A stretch of 56,436 nt of DNA from a candidate division WOR-3 bacterium (GTDB taxonomy: Bacteria; Hydrothermota; Tepidihabitantia; SM23-42). The notes beneath the pieces were generated by a model. It was not told where the DNA came from, searched no databases, and saw only the letters and a list, made by a program, of their open reading frames with translations. How positions within the stretch are numbered: the first letter of the stretch is position 1; every line of letters begins with the position of its first letter. This document shows, in pieces, positions 18,439-29,701 of the stretch. The stretch is from contig CP070834.1 of NCBI GenBank assembly GCA_020341755.1, forward strand, positions 1 to 56,436. Direction: 5' to 3'. The position numbers and the translations under genes are program-made.

Positions 18439-19686
18439 ATGGCATACAGCAACAAAGCAAAGGATTTTTTTTCCGCCGAGCTGACCGGTATCCGTGATGC
18501 CGGTACCTATAAAGAAGAACGGTACATTGAATCACCGCAAGGAGCCATGATCACGGTCGAATACCCTGAAGGCGCTCCCCAGAAAGAGGTTATTAACTTC
18601 TGTGCCAATAATTATCTCGGACTGTCGAGTCATCCCGATGTCATCCGTGCAGCTGAAGAAGGCCTGCAAAAACGGGGGTATGGCATGTCATCGGTCAGAT
18701 TCATCTGCGGTACTCAGGATATCCACAACGAGCTCGAGAAAAAACTCACTGCATTTCTCGGTACTGAGGATACCGTACTCTTTGCATCGTGCATGGACGC
18801 CAATGCCGGGGTCTTTGACGTTGCCCTCGGTAAGGAAGATGCGATGATCGCCGATCGGCTGGTCCACGCCTCTATCGTCGACGGCATGAGACTGTGCAAG
18901 GCACAACTCTATAATTACAAGCACGCCAATATGGAACACCTTGAAGAAAAGCTGAAGGAAACGCAGGAGTGCCGATTCCGAATGATCATCACCGACGGTG
19001 TATTCTCCATGGATGGCGATATTGCCCCGCTCGATAAAATCGTTGCGCTCGCCGAACGGTACGATGCGATGGTCATGGTAGATGACAGTCATGCCACTGG
19101 CTTCATGGGCAAGACCGGCCGCGGTACGCACGAGCACTGCGGTGTTTTTGGTAAGATCGATGTGATAACAACCACCCTCGGTAAGGCACTCGGTGGAGCA
19201 TCGGGCGGCTGCGTCAGTGGTAGAAAGGAAATTGTCGAACTGTGCCGCCAGCGCGCCCGGCCATACCTCTTCTCGAACACGGTTCCGCCGGTCATCATCA
19301 CGGCTGCGAATACGGTACTCGATCTGATCTCGAAAACCACTGACCGCCGTGATCTGCTCGAAAAAAATACATTGTATTTCAGAAAAAAAATGACCGAGGC
19401 AGGGTTCGATATACGCGAAGGAGTACACCCGATCGTACCGATCATGCTTTACAATGCCAAACTCGCCCAGGACATGGCCCGTGATCTTTACGACGAAGGC
19501 ATCTATGTCATCGGCTTCTCGTTCCCCGTCGTGCCCAAGGGACAAGCCCGGATCAGGGTGCAGATTTCCGCGGCTCACGAAAAGGAACATCTCGATAAGG
19601 CTATCGCGGCATTCACAAAGATTGGTGGTAAATACACTATTCTGGGCAAGAGTAAGAAAGAAATCATTGAACTTTACGGTTATTGA
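18439..19686 (+). CDS. kbl: 2-amino-3-ketobutyrate CoA ligase (glycine C-acetyltransferase), PLP-dependent alpha-oxoamine synthase
   Basis: VINFCANNYLGL, SVRFICGTQD, DGVFSMDGDIAPL, VMVDDSHATGF, TLGKALGGASGG and VVPKGQARIRVQISAAH match my recollection of E. coli Kbl along the full length. Confidence 0.88.
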   Translation: MAYSNKAKDFFSAELTGIRDAGTYKEERYIESPQGAMITVEYPEGAPQKEVINFCANNYLGLSSHPDVIRAAEEGLQKRGYGMSSVRFICGTQDIHNELEKKLTAFLGTEDTVLFASCMDANAGVFDVALGKEDAMIADRLVHASIVDGMRLCKAQLYNYKHANMEHLEEKLKETQECRFRMIITDGVFSMDGDIAPLDKIVALAERYDAMVMVDDSHATGFMGKTGRGTHEHCGVFGKIDVITTTLGKALGGASGGCVSGRKEIVELCRQRARPYLFSNTVPPVIITAANTVLDLISKTTDRRDLLEKNTLYFRKKMTEAGFDIREGVHPIVPIMLYNAKLAQDMARDLYDEGIYVIGFSFPVVPKGQARIRVQISAAHEKEHLDKAIAAFTKIGGKYTILGKSKKEIIELYGY

Positions 19687-19768
19687 CGGCTGATGTATAA
19701 ACAAAGACAGTACGCACAGCCTGGATTCTATTTCACGACCGAGCGACAAGTGCAGAAAAGTACCTATA

Positions 19769-20898
19769 ATGAAAAACTATACGGCTGACGCTATTATCAT
19801 CGGCGGCGGCATAATCGGATGTGCTGCTGGCTATTATCTCAGCAGGAAAGGTCTTAAGGTATTTCTTTTTGAAAAAGATTATCTGACCGCAGGATCAACA
19901 GGACGCTGCATCTGCGGTATACGACAGCAGTTCTCAACTCCCCTGAGCATTAAGGTGGCAATGGAATCGATGAAGAAATTCCAGGAATTCCACGATACGC
20001 TAGAAAAAGATATCGAATTTCATCAGGGCGGTTATCTATTCCTTGCCCATGATGAGGATAAGGTCGGAACCTATAAGAAACTCATAGCACTACAGAACAG
20101 CATGGGGCTCGATGTCGAATACATCGACGTACCCCAGATCGAGAAACTTGTCCCCGGTATTAATACTGATGGTCTGCTCGGCGGTGCATACTGCCCGAGT
20201 GACGCTCAGGCGAATCCGTTCCTGGTAGTCGACGGCTATGCTCACGGCATTCAGAAAACCGGCAGGGTGCTTGCCTATACTGAGGTAACCGGTATCAACA
20301 TCGAACACGAGCGGGTCGTTTCCATAACCACGCATGACGGGAATGAATACTTTGCGCCCATCATTGTCAATGCCGCCGGGCCCTTCATCAGTAAGGTCGC
20401 TCGAATGCTCGACCTTGATATACCCATATATCCCGAACGGCACGAGGCAATGATCACCGAACAGATGGAACGATTCTTTGATATGATGATCGTGGACTAC
20501 CGGGCAGATGGTTGCTATTTCAATCAGAAATGGGGCAAGGGAAGCATTATCGGATGCTATACCCCGGTCCCCAATGTCCCGGGGCAGGACACGGGAACAT
20601 CATTCGACTTTGCAAAAGAAATAGGTAGACGTATGGCGCGGCTCATCCCGAAATTAGCCAACATCAAGATCATCCGGCAATGGTCGGGTAGCTATGAAAT
20701 GACACCCGACGGCAATCCCATCGTCGACAAGACCGATATCGAAGGATTCTGGATCGCGGGAGGGATGTGCGGTCACGGGTTCATGCTCGGTCCGGAAATC
20801 GGCTGGGTCGCTGCCGAATATATCACCGAGGGCAAAACACCCTATGACATGAGCTCCTTTGCCCTGAAACGCGATTTTGCGAGCCGGGAAGTCATGAA

Positions 20899-20902
<4 letters not shown>
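19769..20902 (+). CDS. FAD-dependent oxidoreductase (DAO family; sarcosine oxidase beta / glycine oxidase-like)
   Basis: AIIIGGGIIGCAAGYYLSRKG dinucleotide-binding motif, ~377 aa. Confidence 0.8.
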
Positions 20903-22004
<1,102 letters not shown>

Positions 22005-22163
22005 CCGCGATCCAGGTTGATTATCATCAATATTCTTTCAAGTAGCCAGCAGGAGGTCTATACGTAACCTGATTGTGCCAAATTGTTACAGTAAAATTTA
22101 CTACATGCACAGCATGCTAAACCTTATCTTTAAGTGATTTGCTACATTTTCCCAAATTATCTC

Positions 22164-22191
22164 TTGACACATAAATAATAATATATATAAT
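22164..22191 (+). promoter_or_regulatory. Perfect consensus sigma70 promoter for pilMNOPQ
   Basis: TTGACA 22164-22169, 16 nt, TATAAT 22186-22191, in an AT-rich intergenic region. Confidence 0.7.
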
Positions 22192-22223
22192 AACACAAAA
22201 TATGACAACACAAAGGAGTGCTT

Positions 22224-23264
22224 ATGTTTGGGAGAAAGAAAAAGGTTATCGGGCTTGACATTGGATCCAGTCAAACCAAGATGGTGGAGTTGAGTTCTGG
22301 TAAGGGTAAAAAATTGCTAAATTACGGAATTTCAAAAGTATTACCTGATGCGATCGTTGAAGGCGAAATAATTGACCGGGAAGCAGTGCTCGATTCGGTC
22401 CGGAGCCTCATTGAAAGTAAAGGCTTTACAACCAAGGATGTTGTCATCGGCATTGCAGGCAGAGATGTCATAATCAAACGCATTGCTATGGATCGTATGA
22501 GTGAAGCCGATACCAAAGAACAGATCAAATGGGAGGCAGAACAGTATGTTCCCTTTGATATCAATGAGGTGACGCTCGATTTCGATGTTGTAAATCCCAA
22601 CTTTGGTGAGAACCAACAGGAAGTCATACTGGTCGCTGCGAAAAATGAACTCATAAACAACCTCACCGTCCTCTTGCGCGAACTCAACCTCAATCCAATC
22701 ATCGTTGATACGACTGCCTTTGCCGTCCAGAATGTTTTTGAGTATAATTATTCACCTCCACCAGATGAAACAACCTGTTTGATACATATCGGTGCGGGAA
22801 TGACCGTGATAAACGTGGTCAAAGCCGGTTCATCTCTGTCGGCTCGAGATGTATACTACGGAGTGAACGCGTTCATCAGTAAACTTCAGAAAGAAGTTGG
22901 TTTTAATTATGAAGACGCCGCGAATGCCGTTAAAGGAACTATCCCTGTCGGCGCGTCTCAGGATTCCGTACAGGGAGTCTTCGAAACATTCGTGGGTGAT
23001 CTGGGTACCCAGATCGAACGCAGTCTTCAGTTTCTTTCGAGTGTCACAGGTGAAGAAAAAGTTTCCCGCATGTATCTCTCAGGAGGTGGCTCACTAATTC
23101 CTAATCTCTTAGACTATTTAAAAAGAAGGCTTGGGGTGCCAATCGAATTACTTAATCCGTTCAAGAACATCGTGTATGATCCCACTATTTTTGGCCCTGA
23201 AGGAGCTGATGTCGTGGGACCGATACTTGCCCAAGCCTGTGGTTTGGCCCTAAGGGGGGAATGA
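22224..23264 (+). CDS. pilM: Type IV pilus assembly ATPase-like protein PilM
   Basis: VIGLDIGSSQTKMVEL actin-like fold N-terminus. AAGGAG lies 5 nt before ATG 22224. The track begins at GTG 22218. Confidence 0.88.
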   Translation: MFGRKKKVIGLDIGSSQTKMVELSSGKGKKLLNYGISKVLPDAIVEGEIIDREAVLDSVRSLIESKGFTTKDVVIGIAGRDVIIKRIAMDRMSEADTKEQIKWEAEQYVPFDINEVTLDFDVVNPNFGENQQEVILVAAKNELINNLTVLLRELNLNPIIVDTTAFAVQNVFEYNYSPPPDETTCLIHIGAGMTVINVVKAGSSLSARDVYYGVNAFISKLQKEVGFNYEDAANAVKGTIPVGASQDSVQGVFETFVGDLGTQIERSLQFLSSVTGEEKVSRMYLSGGGSLIPNLLDYLKRRLGVPIELLNPFKNIVYDPTIFGPEGADVVGPILAQACGLALRGE

Positions 23265-23869
23265 TGATAAAGATAAATTTGACGCCAAGTGCCAAAAAAG
23301 GACGCGTCCCAAAGCGCAAGGCACCGAGGGCAGCACGACCGGGCATCAAACTCCCAGCGATTCAGACGACACTCATCTATATAATCGGTATTGTCGTCGT
23401 GGTCGTCATCGCCGGAGCCCTCTATTTTATACAGGTGAATCAGATCGGAAGCCTCAATAGAAATATCACACAATTAGATGCAAAACTTGAGGAACTGAAG
23501 GTTTACAAGGCGACCGTCGACAGTCTCGAACGGCGCGAACGAGAACTGGCCGGACTGATTGCTCCCATAAAAGAACTTAATAAGAACAGATTCTTCATTG
23601 CCCACGTTCTTGATGAGATCGCCGGACGGATCCCGGAGTTCACCTGGCTCTCATCACTGAATATTACACAGGCGAACATGAATCTCCAGGGGATAACCGC
23701 ATCTAATCTCCTCGTTGCCGAATTCATGAACCGACTCGAAGAATCTCCGTACGTATACAGCGTCGATCTAACAGTACTGGAAAAGAAGACGGTAGAGAAT
23801 GAAGAGATGATGCAATTCACCTTAACAGCAAATGTCGGGGTCACAACACCAATCAAGGGGCTACAATGA
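23261..23869 (+). CDS. pilN: Type IV pilus assembly protein PilN
   Basis: Single TM after a basic N-terminus, coiled coil, position after pilM, ATGA overlap. Confidence 0.8.
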   Translation: MMIKINLTPSAKKGRVPKRKAPRAARPGIKLPAIQTTLIYIIGIVVVVVIAGALYFIQVNQIGSLNRNITQLDAKLEELKVYKATVDSLERRERELAGLIAPIKELNKNRFFIAHVLDEIAGRIPEFTWLSSLNITQANMNLQGITASNLLVAEFMNRLEESPYVYSVDLTVLEKKTVENEEMMQFTLTANVGVTTPIKGLQ

Positions 23870-24438
23870 ATCTGAGAGAATCAAAAACACAACAACTTGT
23901 TTTATTCTTTTTCATCCTGATACTTCTGCTGGTCGTTTTCTTCCTCGTTCCCCACAAGAATAATAGGGTGAAAATAGCACAGTTGACATCGACCAGAGAC
24001 TCACTCCAGATCGAGGTGCAGAAGGCGGAACAGGCACGAGCACGTCTTCCTGAGCTTCAGGCAAAAATCGCGCGACTCGAGATAGAGTGGGAGAAAGCCC
24101 AGGAGATGTTACCGCAAGAAAAAGAAATCCCGTCGCTCATCCAGCAGATCTCGAATTCTGGAACCAAAGCAGGGGTGAGTTTCCTGCTGTTCAAACCGAG
24201 CGGTCCCGTGCAGAAACAGAATTATTCGGAAATACCCGTCCAGATTAAAGTTCAGTGCGGGTATCATCAGCTGGGTAAATTCTTGAGCAACATCGGCAAT
24301 CTCGCACGGATCGTCAACGTGCCGTCGGTTAAGATAAAAACCGGACAAAAAAAGAGCATTGAAGCAGATTTAAGCGCAATTACCTACACAGTAGCAAGAG
24401 GAAAGGAGGTGCAGCGTGCTGTCCCACCTCGTAAGTAA
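23866..24438 (+). CDS. pilO: Type IV pilus assembly protein PilO
   Basis: Single TM, coiled coil, conserved operon position. Confidence 0.78.
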   Translation: MNLRESKTQQLVLFFFILILLLVVFFLVPHKNNRVKIAQLTSTRDSLQIEVQKAEQARARLPELQAKIARLEIEWEKAQEMLPQEKEIPSLIQQISNSGTKAGVSFLLFKPSGPVQKQNYSEIPVQIKVQCGYHQLGKFLSNIGNLARIVNVPSVKIKTGQKKSIEADLSAITYTVARGKEVQRAVPPRK

Positions 24439-24826
24439 CGTCTTAGTTCAAGTAATGCTCATATCCCAAGTACCAGCAGAGCCAATGGAGATGGATACGC
24501 TCTTCCCGGTTGAGAAATGGGAATATAAACAATCGGGACGCAGAGATCCATTCGTTCCACTGCTCGGTTTGAGTTTATCAGGTGGTGGAAAATCTGGACA
24601 CCTGAGCGTCGAAAACCTAACACTGGTTGGTGTCCTGTGGGGCGACCGAGGATACTACGCACTGGTCAAAGACGGGCAGAACAAAGGTTACATTCTTAAG
24701 AAAGGTGATAAGGTTGCCAGTGGCAGAGTCACCGAGATTAGTCGTCGTGCTATAAATTTCGAAATAGTCCATGCAGGTGTCAAGACAAAATATGAATTAC
24801 CGCTCCAAGAGAAGGAAAGGAGGTAG
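24416..24826 (+). CDS. pilP: PilP-like pilus assembly protein
   Basis: RRDPFVPL motif and position between pilO and pilQ. Confidence 0.65.
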   Translation: MLSHLVSNVLVQVMLISQVPAEPMEMDTLFPVEKWEYKQSGRRDPFVPLLGLSLSGGGKSGHLSVENLTLVGVLWGDRGYYALVKDGQNKGYILKKGDKVASGRVTEISRRAINFEIVHAGVKTKYELPLQEKERR

Positions 24827-24829
24827 AAT

Positions 24830-26428
24830 ATGAGGTATGTTGTTATCCTCACATTAGCAATATCATTGGCAGCTGGTGCGGTTATCACAGATTTAGCAGT
24901 CGAAGCAGAAGGAGTCAATACAAAATTAATTATCAAGGCGGACGCACCATTTGTTGCCACTACGTACACGCTCAAAAACCCTCCCCGAATAGTGGTAGAT
25001 TGCTCGGGTGTGACCAGCGAACTCGTTGGCAAGCGCTATATGGTACACAAAGGCGGTCTGCAGCAAGTTTCTGTCACGAGTTTCACCGAGCAGGCCGACC
25101 TCATCCGTATCGTGGGGACACTCGATAGCGATTATTCCTATCTAACACTGACCGAAGGCAACGACTATGCGATCACGCTGCTTACTGGACTGACATCACC
25201 GTTCGCCGGATGGCAGGCATCCATGAGTTCTGAAGTCACAACCGCACCGTCGGACGTGACGAGCCCGCCGGTCACTCCGCCAACTGCACCATCGGTCACG
25301 ACGGGACGACCGATTTCTTTCAATCTCGAGGATGCACCGATCATAAGTGTACTGCGTCTGTTGGCAGAATATGTCGGTATCAATATCGTTGCCGGTAAAG
25401 ATGTGACCGGTACGGTCACCGTCAGGTTGCACAATGTACCCTGGCGTCAGGCACTCGAGATCATCTTGAAAGCAGCCGGTTATGCCTACCGAGAAGATCC
25501 TGGCGTGATCCGGGTCGATACTGCCGAAAATCTCGACAAACAGGATTACGATCTACCAACAACTTCCAAGATTTACAAACTCGAATTTGCCGATCCCCAG
25601 GATATGCTTGCCAAGATCCAGGCAATGCTCTCTCCGAAAGGCAAAGCAAACGTCGATACACGAACAAACTCAGTGGTGGTAACGGAAGTTGCACCGGTAC
25701 ATGATAAGATAAAACAACTCGTTAAACTTCTCGATACACCGACACCTCAGGTCGAGATCATGGCAAAGGTTGTGGACATCGACGTATCGGCATCCCAGGG
25801 ACTGGGTATCGACTGGACACTCAAGGGACTGCAGTCGAGGATCGTGAGGGCAGAGGTCACGAGTAATGCACTGCCCGCAATATCCGGCTTTGGTCAATTC
25901 AATATCGCAACCGTGCCATCGCTTGCGCAGATCAATGCGGTCATCAATCTCCTCGAGGAGAACGGCAAGGCGCAGACAGTCAGCGCACCACGAATAGCGG
26001 CGGCAGATAACGAAGACGCAAAGATCCTTGGTGGACAGCGTTTCGGTATCCCCACGCGCGACCTCTCGGGCAACACCGTCGTGCAGTTCTATACGGTCGG
26101 TACAAAACTCGAGGTTACGCCGCATATTAACAGCCTCGAAGAGATCACCATGGAAATCCATGCCGAGGTCAGTGAACTCGACCGTGCATCGGCTCTCGCC
26201 GGTAGACCGATCATCACGACCTCTGAAGCCGATAGCAAGGTCCTGGTGAAGGACGGTAATACCGTCGTCATCGGAGGATTTATCCGCAGGAAAGAAACAA
26301 AATCTGAACGAGGCATACCCGTGCTCAAGAGCATACCTATACTCGGTGTTCTGTTCCGGGAAACGACAACCACGGTGGAGGATCGCGAACTGCTTATCTT
26401 CATTACGCCGACCATTATAAAGGGCTGA
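24830..26428 (+). CDS. pilQ: Type IV pilus secretin PilQ (AMIN domain + secretin)
   Basis: Signal peptide, AMIN-like N-terminal domain, T/P-rich linker, and C-terminal secretin motifs (VVIGGFIRRKET...GIPVLKSIPILGVLF). Confidence 0.88.
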   Translation: MRYVVILTLAISLAAGAVITDLAVEAEGVNTKLIIKADAPFVATTYTLKNPPRIVVDCSGVTSELVGKRYMVHKGGLQQVSVTSFTEQADLIRIVGTLDSDYSYLTLTEGNDYAITLLTGLTSPFAGWQASMSSEVTTAPSDVTSPPVTPPTAPSVTTGRPISFNLEDAPIISVLRLLAEYVGINIVAGKDVTGTVTVRLHNVPWRQALEIILKAAGYAYREDPGVIRVDTAENLDKQDYDLPTTSKIYKLEFADPQDMLAKIQAMLSPKGKANVDTRTNSVVVTEVAPVHDKIKQLVKLLDTPTPQVEIMAKVVDIDVSASQGLGIDWTLKGLQSRIVRAEVTSNALPAISGFGQFNIATVPSLAQINAVINLLEENGKAQTVSAPRIAAADNEDAKILGGQRFGIPTRDLSGNTVVQFYTVGTKLEVTPHINSLEEITMEIHAEVSELDRASALAGRPIITTSEADSKVLVKDGNTVVIGGFIRRKETKSERGIPVLKSIPILGVLFRETTTTVEDRELLIFITPTIIKG

Positions 26429-26477
26429 TCAGGACACGTGCTCCCGGGATCACGCCGCATTTGGATTGTTCGTTTTG

Positions 26478-27059
26478 ATGAGAATTGTCGGTGGTTTAAA
26501 CAAAGGTTCGCGCCTGAGGGTGTCGAAGAGAGGTGTTAGACCTACAAAGGCTATTGTCCGCGAAGCGATTTTTAACATTATTGGAAATCTGATTCCCGGA
26601 GCTGATGTCCTCGATATTTTCGCAGGGAGCGGCGCACTCGGGCTGGAGTCTATTTCCCGCGGTGCGCAACACTGCGTGTTCATCGACAAAAACACCAGTA
26701 CCCTCAAGAAAAACATCGTCGCTCTGAACGTTTCGGACAAATGTCGGATCATCAAAGCCGATTTCGTCCATGGAATCAGAAGGCTAAGATCGGTCTCGTT
26801 CGACATCATCTTTCTCGATCCCCCTTACCATGGCAGCTACATCGAGAGAACGATGAATGCCATTGGCAAATACAATATCCTGAGGGCGAATGGGATCGTC
26901 GTGGCAGAACACGGTATTGACCAGGCAATTACTGTACCGCCCGAATTCATCGTGAGTAAAAAGAGGACATACGGTGATACTGCTGTACTTTTCATATCGT
27001 CACCCAACTCCGAATCCGAGGAACATACGGGCGCATCGTTTTCACAAATGAGATCATGA
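26478..27059 (+). CDS. rsmD: 16S rRNA (guanine966-N2)-methyltransferase
   Basis: MRIVGG...RPT...REAIFNI, DIFAGSGALGLESISRGA and LDPPY motifs. Confidence 0.85.
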   Translation: MRIVGGLNKGSRLRVSKRGVRPTKAIVREAIFNIIGNLIPGADVLDIFAGSGALGLESISRGAQHCVFIDKNTSTLKKNIVALNVSDKCRIIKADFVHGIRRLRSVSFDIIFLDPPYHGSYIERTMNAIGKYNILRANGIVVAEHGIDQAITVPPEFIVSKKRTYGDTAVLFISSPNSESEEHTGASFSQMRS

Positions 27060-27538
27060 AAAAGGCAATATACGCGGGTACATTTGATCCCATAACCTAT
27101 GGTCACATCGATGTTATAACGAGAGCGCTGACCATCTTCGATCGTATAGTCATCGGAGTAAGTGCTCGCCCCAAGAAAACGATGTTCAGCCAGAAAGAAC
27201 GAATCTCTCTCGTCGAAGCGGTTTTCGAAGACACCGATATCGGCAAGATCGAGGTCACTGGATTTTCGACCTTGCTCGTGAATTTTGCTCGTGAAATCGG
27301 TGCCCGTGCTATTATCCGCGGCATTCGAGCTGTTTCTGATTTTGATTATGAACTCCAGATGACGCTCATGAACCGGAACCTCTCACCAGATATCGAAACG
27401 ATATTTCTTATGCCATCAGAACAATACATCTTCATAAGCTCATCGCTCGTAAAAGAGATCGCTACCCTCGGTGGTGATGTGAGCCGTCTTGTTCCAGAGA
27501 TCGTCGCAAAGGCGCTTCAGAAAAAAATCAGTTCGTGA
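27056..27538 (+). CDS. coaD: Phosphopantetheine adenylyltransferase
   Basis: AIYAGTFDPITYGHIDVI and ISSSLVKEI motifs. Confidence 0.92.
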   Translation: MKKAIYAGTFDPITYGHIDVITRALTIFDRIVIGVSARPKKTMFSQKERISLVEAVFEDTDIGKIEVTGFSTLLVNFAREIGARAIIRGIRAVSDFDYELQMTLMNRNLSPDIETIFLMPSEQYIFISSSLVKEIATLGGDVSRLVPEIVAKALQKKISS

Positions 27539-27622
27539 TATACACCGAGTGATCATCATCCCTCTTTCCTGTATGGTTTCTTCATTATTTATTGTATATT
27601 TGTTTCGCAAAAGGATGAAGTA

Positions 27623-28165
27623 ATGAAAAATGTATTCATGGCACTCCTTGCTGCGCTGCTTCTCATATCATGCGCTGAGAAAAAAAACGAACCACCGAAA
27701 CACCGAGCGCAACACGAGGTCGAGACAATCGTCCTGGATTTTGTCAAGAACGTCAAGCAAGACCGTTACCGGAATGATCCCTATTTTTTCCTGGCCGATA
27801 CCGAATTTACTACCGATGAGAGAGTGAATTATTTCCGCCGGCTGGAGAAATACATGAAGAATAATCAGTGGGATCTTCACTTCACCATAATCGAGGTGTA
27901 TGATGGGACCGACGACATGGCGGATGTCATTCTTAAAGCACGATCTGGCGATCTTGTCGTATTCATACTCGGTTACTGGTATGATACTGAACGGTGGGAA
28001 CTCGATGCCTATGAATTTCCCGCACTTACCTTTGATCGACCGCTTGACCAATCATATGATGACTATGTGAAGCAGATTATCGACGAAACAAAGGAATATG
28101 GAGTGCCGGTTTCGGAAAAGTATACCATAGAAAACAGCGGTATTTATTATATAGAGCACAAGTAG
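27623..28165 (+). CDS. Hypothetical lipoprotein
   Basis: Signal peptide with lipobox LLISC. No recognised domain. Confidence 0.6.
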   Translation: MKNVFMALLAALLLISCAEKKNEPPKHRAQHEVETIVLDFVKNVKQDRYRNDPYFFLADTEFTTDERVNYFRRLEKYMKNNQWDLHFTIIEVYDGTDDMADVILKARSGDLVVFILGYWYDTERWELDAYEFPALTFDRPLDQSYDDYVKQIIDETKEYGVPVSEKYTIENSGIYYIEHK

Positions 28166-28213
28166 AAACGATCTCGCTTACGTAAGTACCCGTTCACGTG
28201 TCGACCTTTTTTG

Positions 28214-28242
28214 TTGACTCGCAGAGCGCAATCAATTATAAT
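28214..28242 (+). promoter_or_regulatory. Sigma70-type promoter, leaderless configuration, for obg
   Basis: TTGACT 28214-28219, 17 nt, TATAAT 28237-28242. ATG 28249 is 6 nt downstream. Confidence 0.65.
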
Positions 28243-28248
28243 TTCCAG

Positions 28249-29211
28249 ATGCAATTCGTGGACGAAGTTCGGATATTTGTCACTGGTGGTAACGGCGGCA
28301 ACGGATGTGTATCATTCCGCCGGGAGAAATTCGTGCCGAAGGGTGGTCCAGACGGCGGGGATGGTGGAAACGGCGGTTCTGTGTATCTCGCTGGTAATAA
28401 GAAACTCATGACCTTATACGATTTGAAAATCAAGCCACATTACCGGGCCGGTCGTGGTGGGCACGGCAAAGGGAAAAAGATGCACGGCAGGAAAGGAAAA
28501 GATATATTCATACCGGTCCCAGTCGGTGTGGTCGCACGGAATGACACGGACCTGCTCGGTGAAATAATGTATCATGGGGAGAATTTACTCATCGCACGGG
28601 GTGGCAGGGGCGGTCGTGGTAATGTGCATTTTGTCTCTTCACGCAACCGTGCCCCACGTCGTGCAGAAGAAGGGTCTGCGGGTGAAGATACGACGGTGCA
28701 TATTGTACTTAAACTCATCTCGGATATCGGCCTGGTTGGTTTTCCGAATTCCGGGAAATCGACACTCCTTGCTGCGATGAGTAACGCACAGCCGAAGATA
28801 GCAGATTACCCGTTTACCACGCTCAATCCCAATCTCGGGGTGCTCGCGCACGATCTCAACAATATCGTAATCGCCGACATGCCCGGTATCATCGAGGGTG
28901 CTCACCAGGGTAAAGGTCTCGGTTTCCAGTTTCTCCGCCACATAGAGCGAACCAGGCTGCTCGTTCTTGTCATTGATATCTCGGGTGATCCGCTGGCACA
29001 CTACCACGGTCTCCTGGAGGAATTCCGGGCGTACAATCCTCAGCTGGTACAAAAACCGCGGATCGTCGTGTTTAACAAAATAGACCTTGTCAAAGATATT
29101 CCCCGATTCGATGTATCCGAGAAAACGTTCTATGTCTCTGCACGCGATGGTACCCATATTGATGATTTAATAAAATACTTGAGCAATGAAAATACAATTC
29201 AAACGCAATAA
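28249..29211 (+). CDS. obg: GTPase Obg/CgtA
   Basis: MQFVDEVRIFVTGGNGGNGCVSFRREKF Obg fold and the GFPNSGKST G1 motif. The start is supported by the promoter position. The track ORF starts at 28198. Confidence 0.92.
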   Translation: MQFVDEVRIFVTGGNGGNGCVSFRREKFVPKGGPDGGDGGNGGSVYLAGNKKLMTLYDLKIKPHYRAGRGGHGKGKKMHGRKGKDIFIPVPVGVVARNDTDLLGEIMYHGENLLIARGGRGGRGNVHFVSSRNRAPRRAEEGSAGEDTTVHIVLKLISDIGLVGFPNSGKSTLLAAMSNAQPKIADYPFTTLNPNLGVLAHDLNNIVIADMPGIIEGAHQGKGLGFQFLRHIERTRLLVLVIDISGDPLAHYHGLLEEFRAYNPQLVQKPRIVVFNKIDLVKDIPRFDVSEKTFYVSARDGTHIDDLIKYLSNENTIQTQ

Positions 29212-29701
29212 GCGGACAGTCCTGAAGTTACTTCGAACAGCGAGTACAGAAAAAAAACTGCGCGTACTGAATCGTCTGGATGGCATGAACGATACCGATA
29301 CCATCAAGATCCTGCTAAAGGTACTCGAAGATACATCCTGGGTCATGAGAGAAAAAGCCGCCTACAAACTTGCTCGCTATGGTAAACGTGTTGTGCCGCG
29401 CCTGGTGAAATTGCTTGACCGGGGATTCTGGTACACACGTGCAGCAGCATGTATCGCTCTCGGTGAAATTGCCGATGCAAAGACCGTCGGGCCCATCGTG
29501 ACGGTTTTTCTCAATGATGGAAATCCCACCGTCCAGCAGGAGGCGGTCACCGCACTGATAAAAATTGCCCGGAAAAAACCGCCATTGTTTTCCGCTGCTC
29601 TCAAGGCACTCAAACTCGACGAAACGAGCAGCCTCAGGCTCATGCTCGCAATAGAGACGAACGATGCAGAGATCTATCAGAATATCAAAGATATTTCATG
29701 A
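29186..29701 (+). CDS. HEAT-repeat (PBS lyase-like) protein
   Basis: Repeated helical units with the WxxRxxAAxALGEI pattern. The start is uncertain because the ORF overlaps the obg 3' end. Confidence 0.6.
   Translation: MKIQFKRNKRTVLKLLRTASTEKKLRVLNRLDGMNDTDTIKILLKVLEDTSWVMREKAAYKLARYGKRVVPRLVKLLDRGFWYTRAAACIALGEIADAKTVGPIVTVFLNDGNPTVQQEAVTALIKIARKKPPLFSAALKALKLDETSSLRLMLAIETNDAEIYQNIKDIS

Noticed and set aside
16460-19686. Reading acs-carrier-kbl as a bacterial sphingolipid (serine palmitoyltransferase + ACP + acyl-ACP synthetase) locus
   Set aside because: The AOS enzyme matches Kbl-specific stretches along its whole length. The ligase carries acetyl-CoA-synthetase-specific motifs (YWCTADPGWVTG, WQTETG) rather than long-chain acyl-ACP synthetase features. 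I kept it only as a lower-interest, open question.
18688-19749. 353-aa ORF on the minus strand, the longest unexplained ORF in the track
   Set aside because: It lies entirely antisense to kbl, whose product matches Kbl motif for motif. The antisense translation has no recognisable motifs and no SD, and has the skewed composition typical of shadow ORFs.
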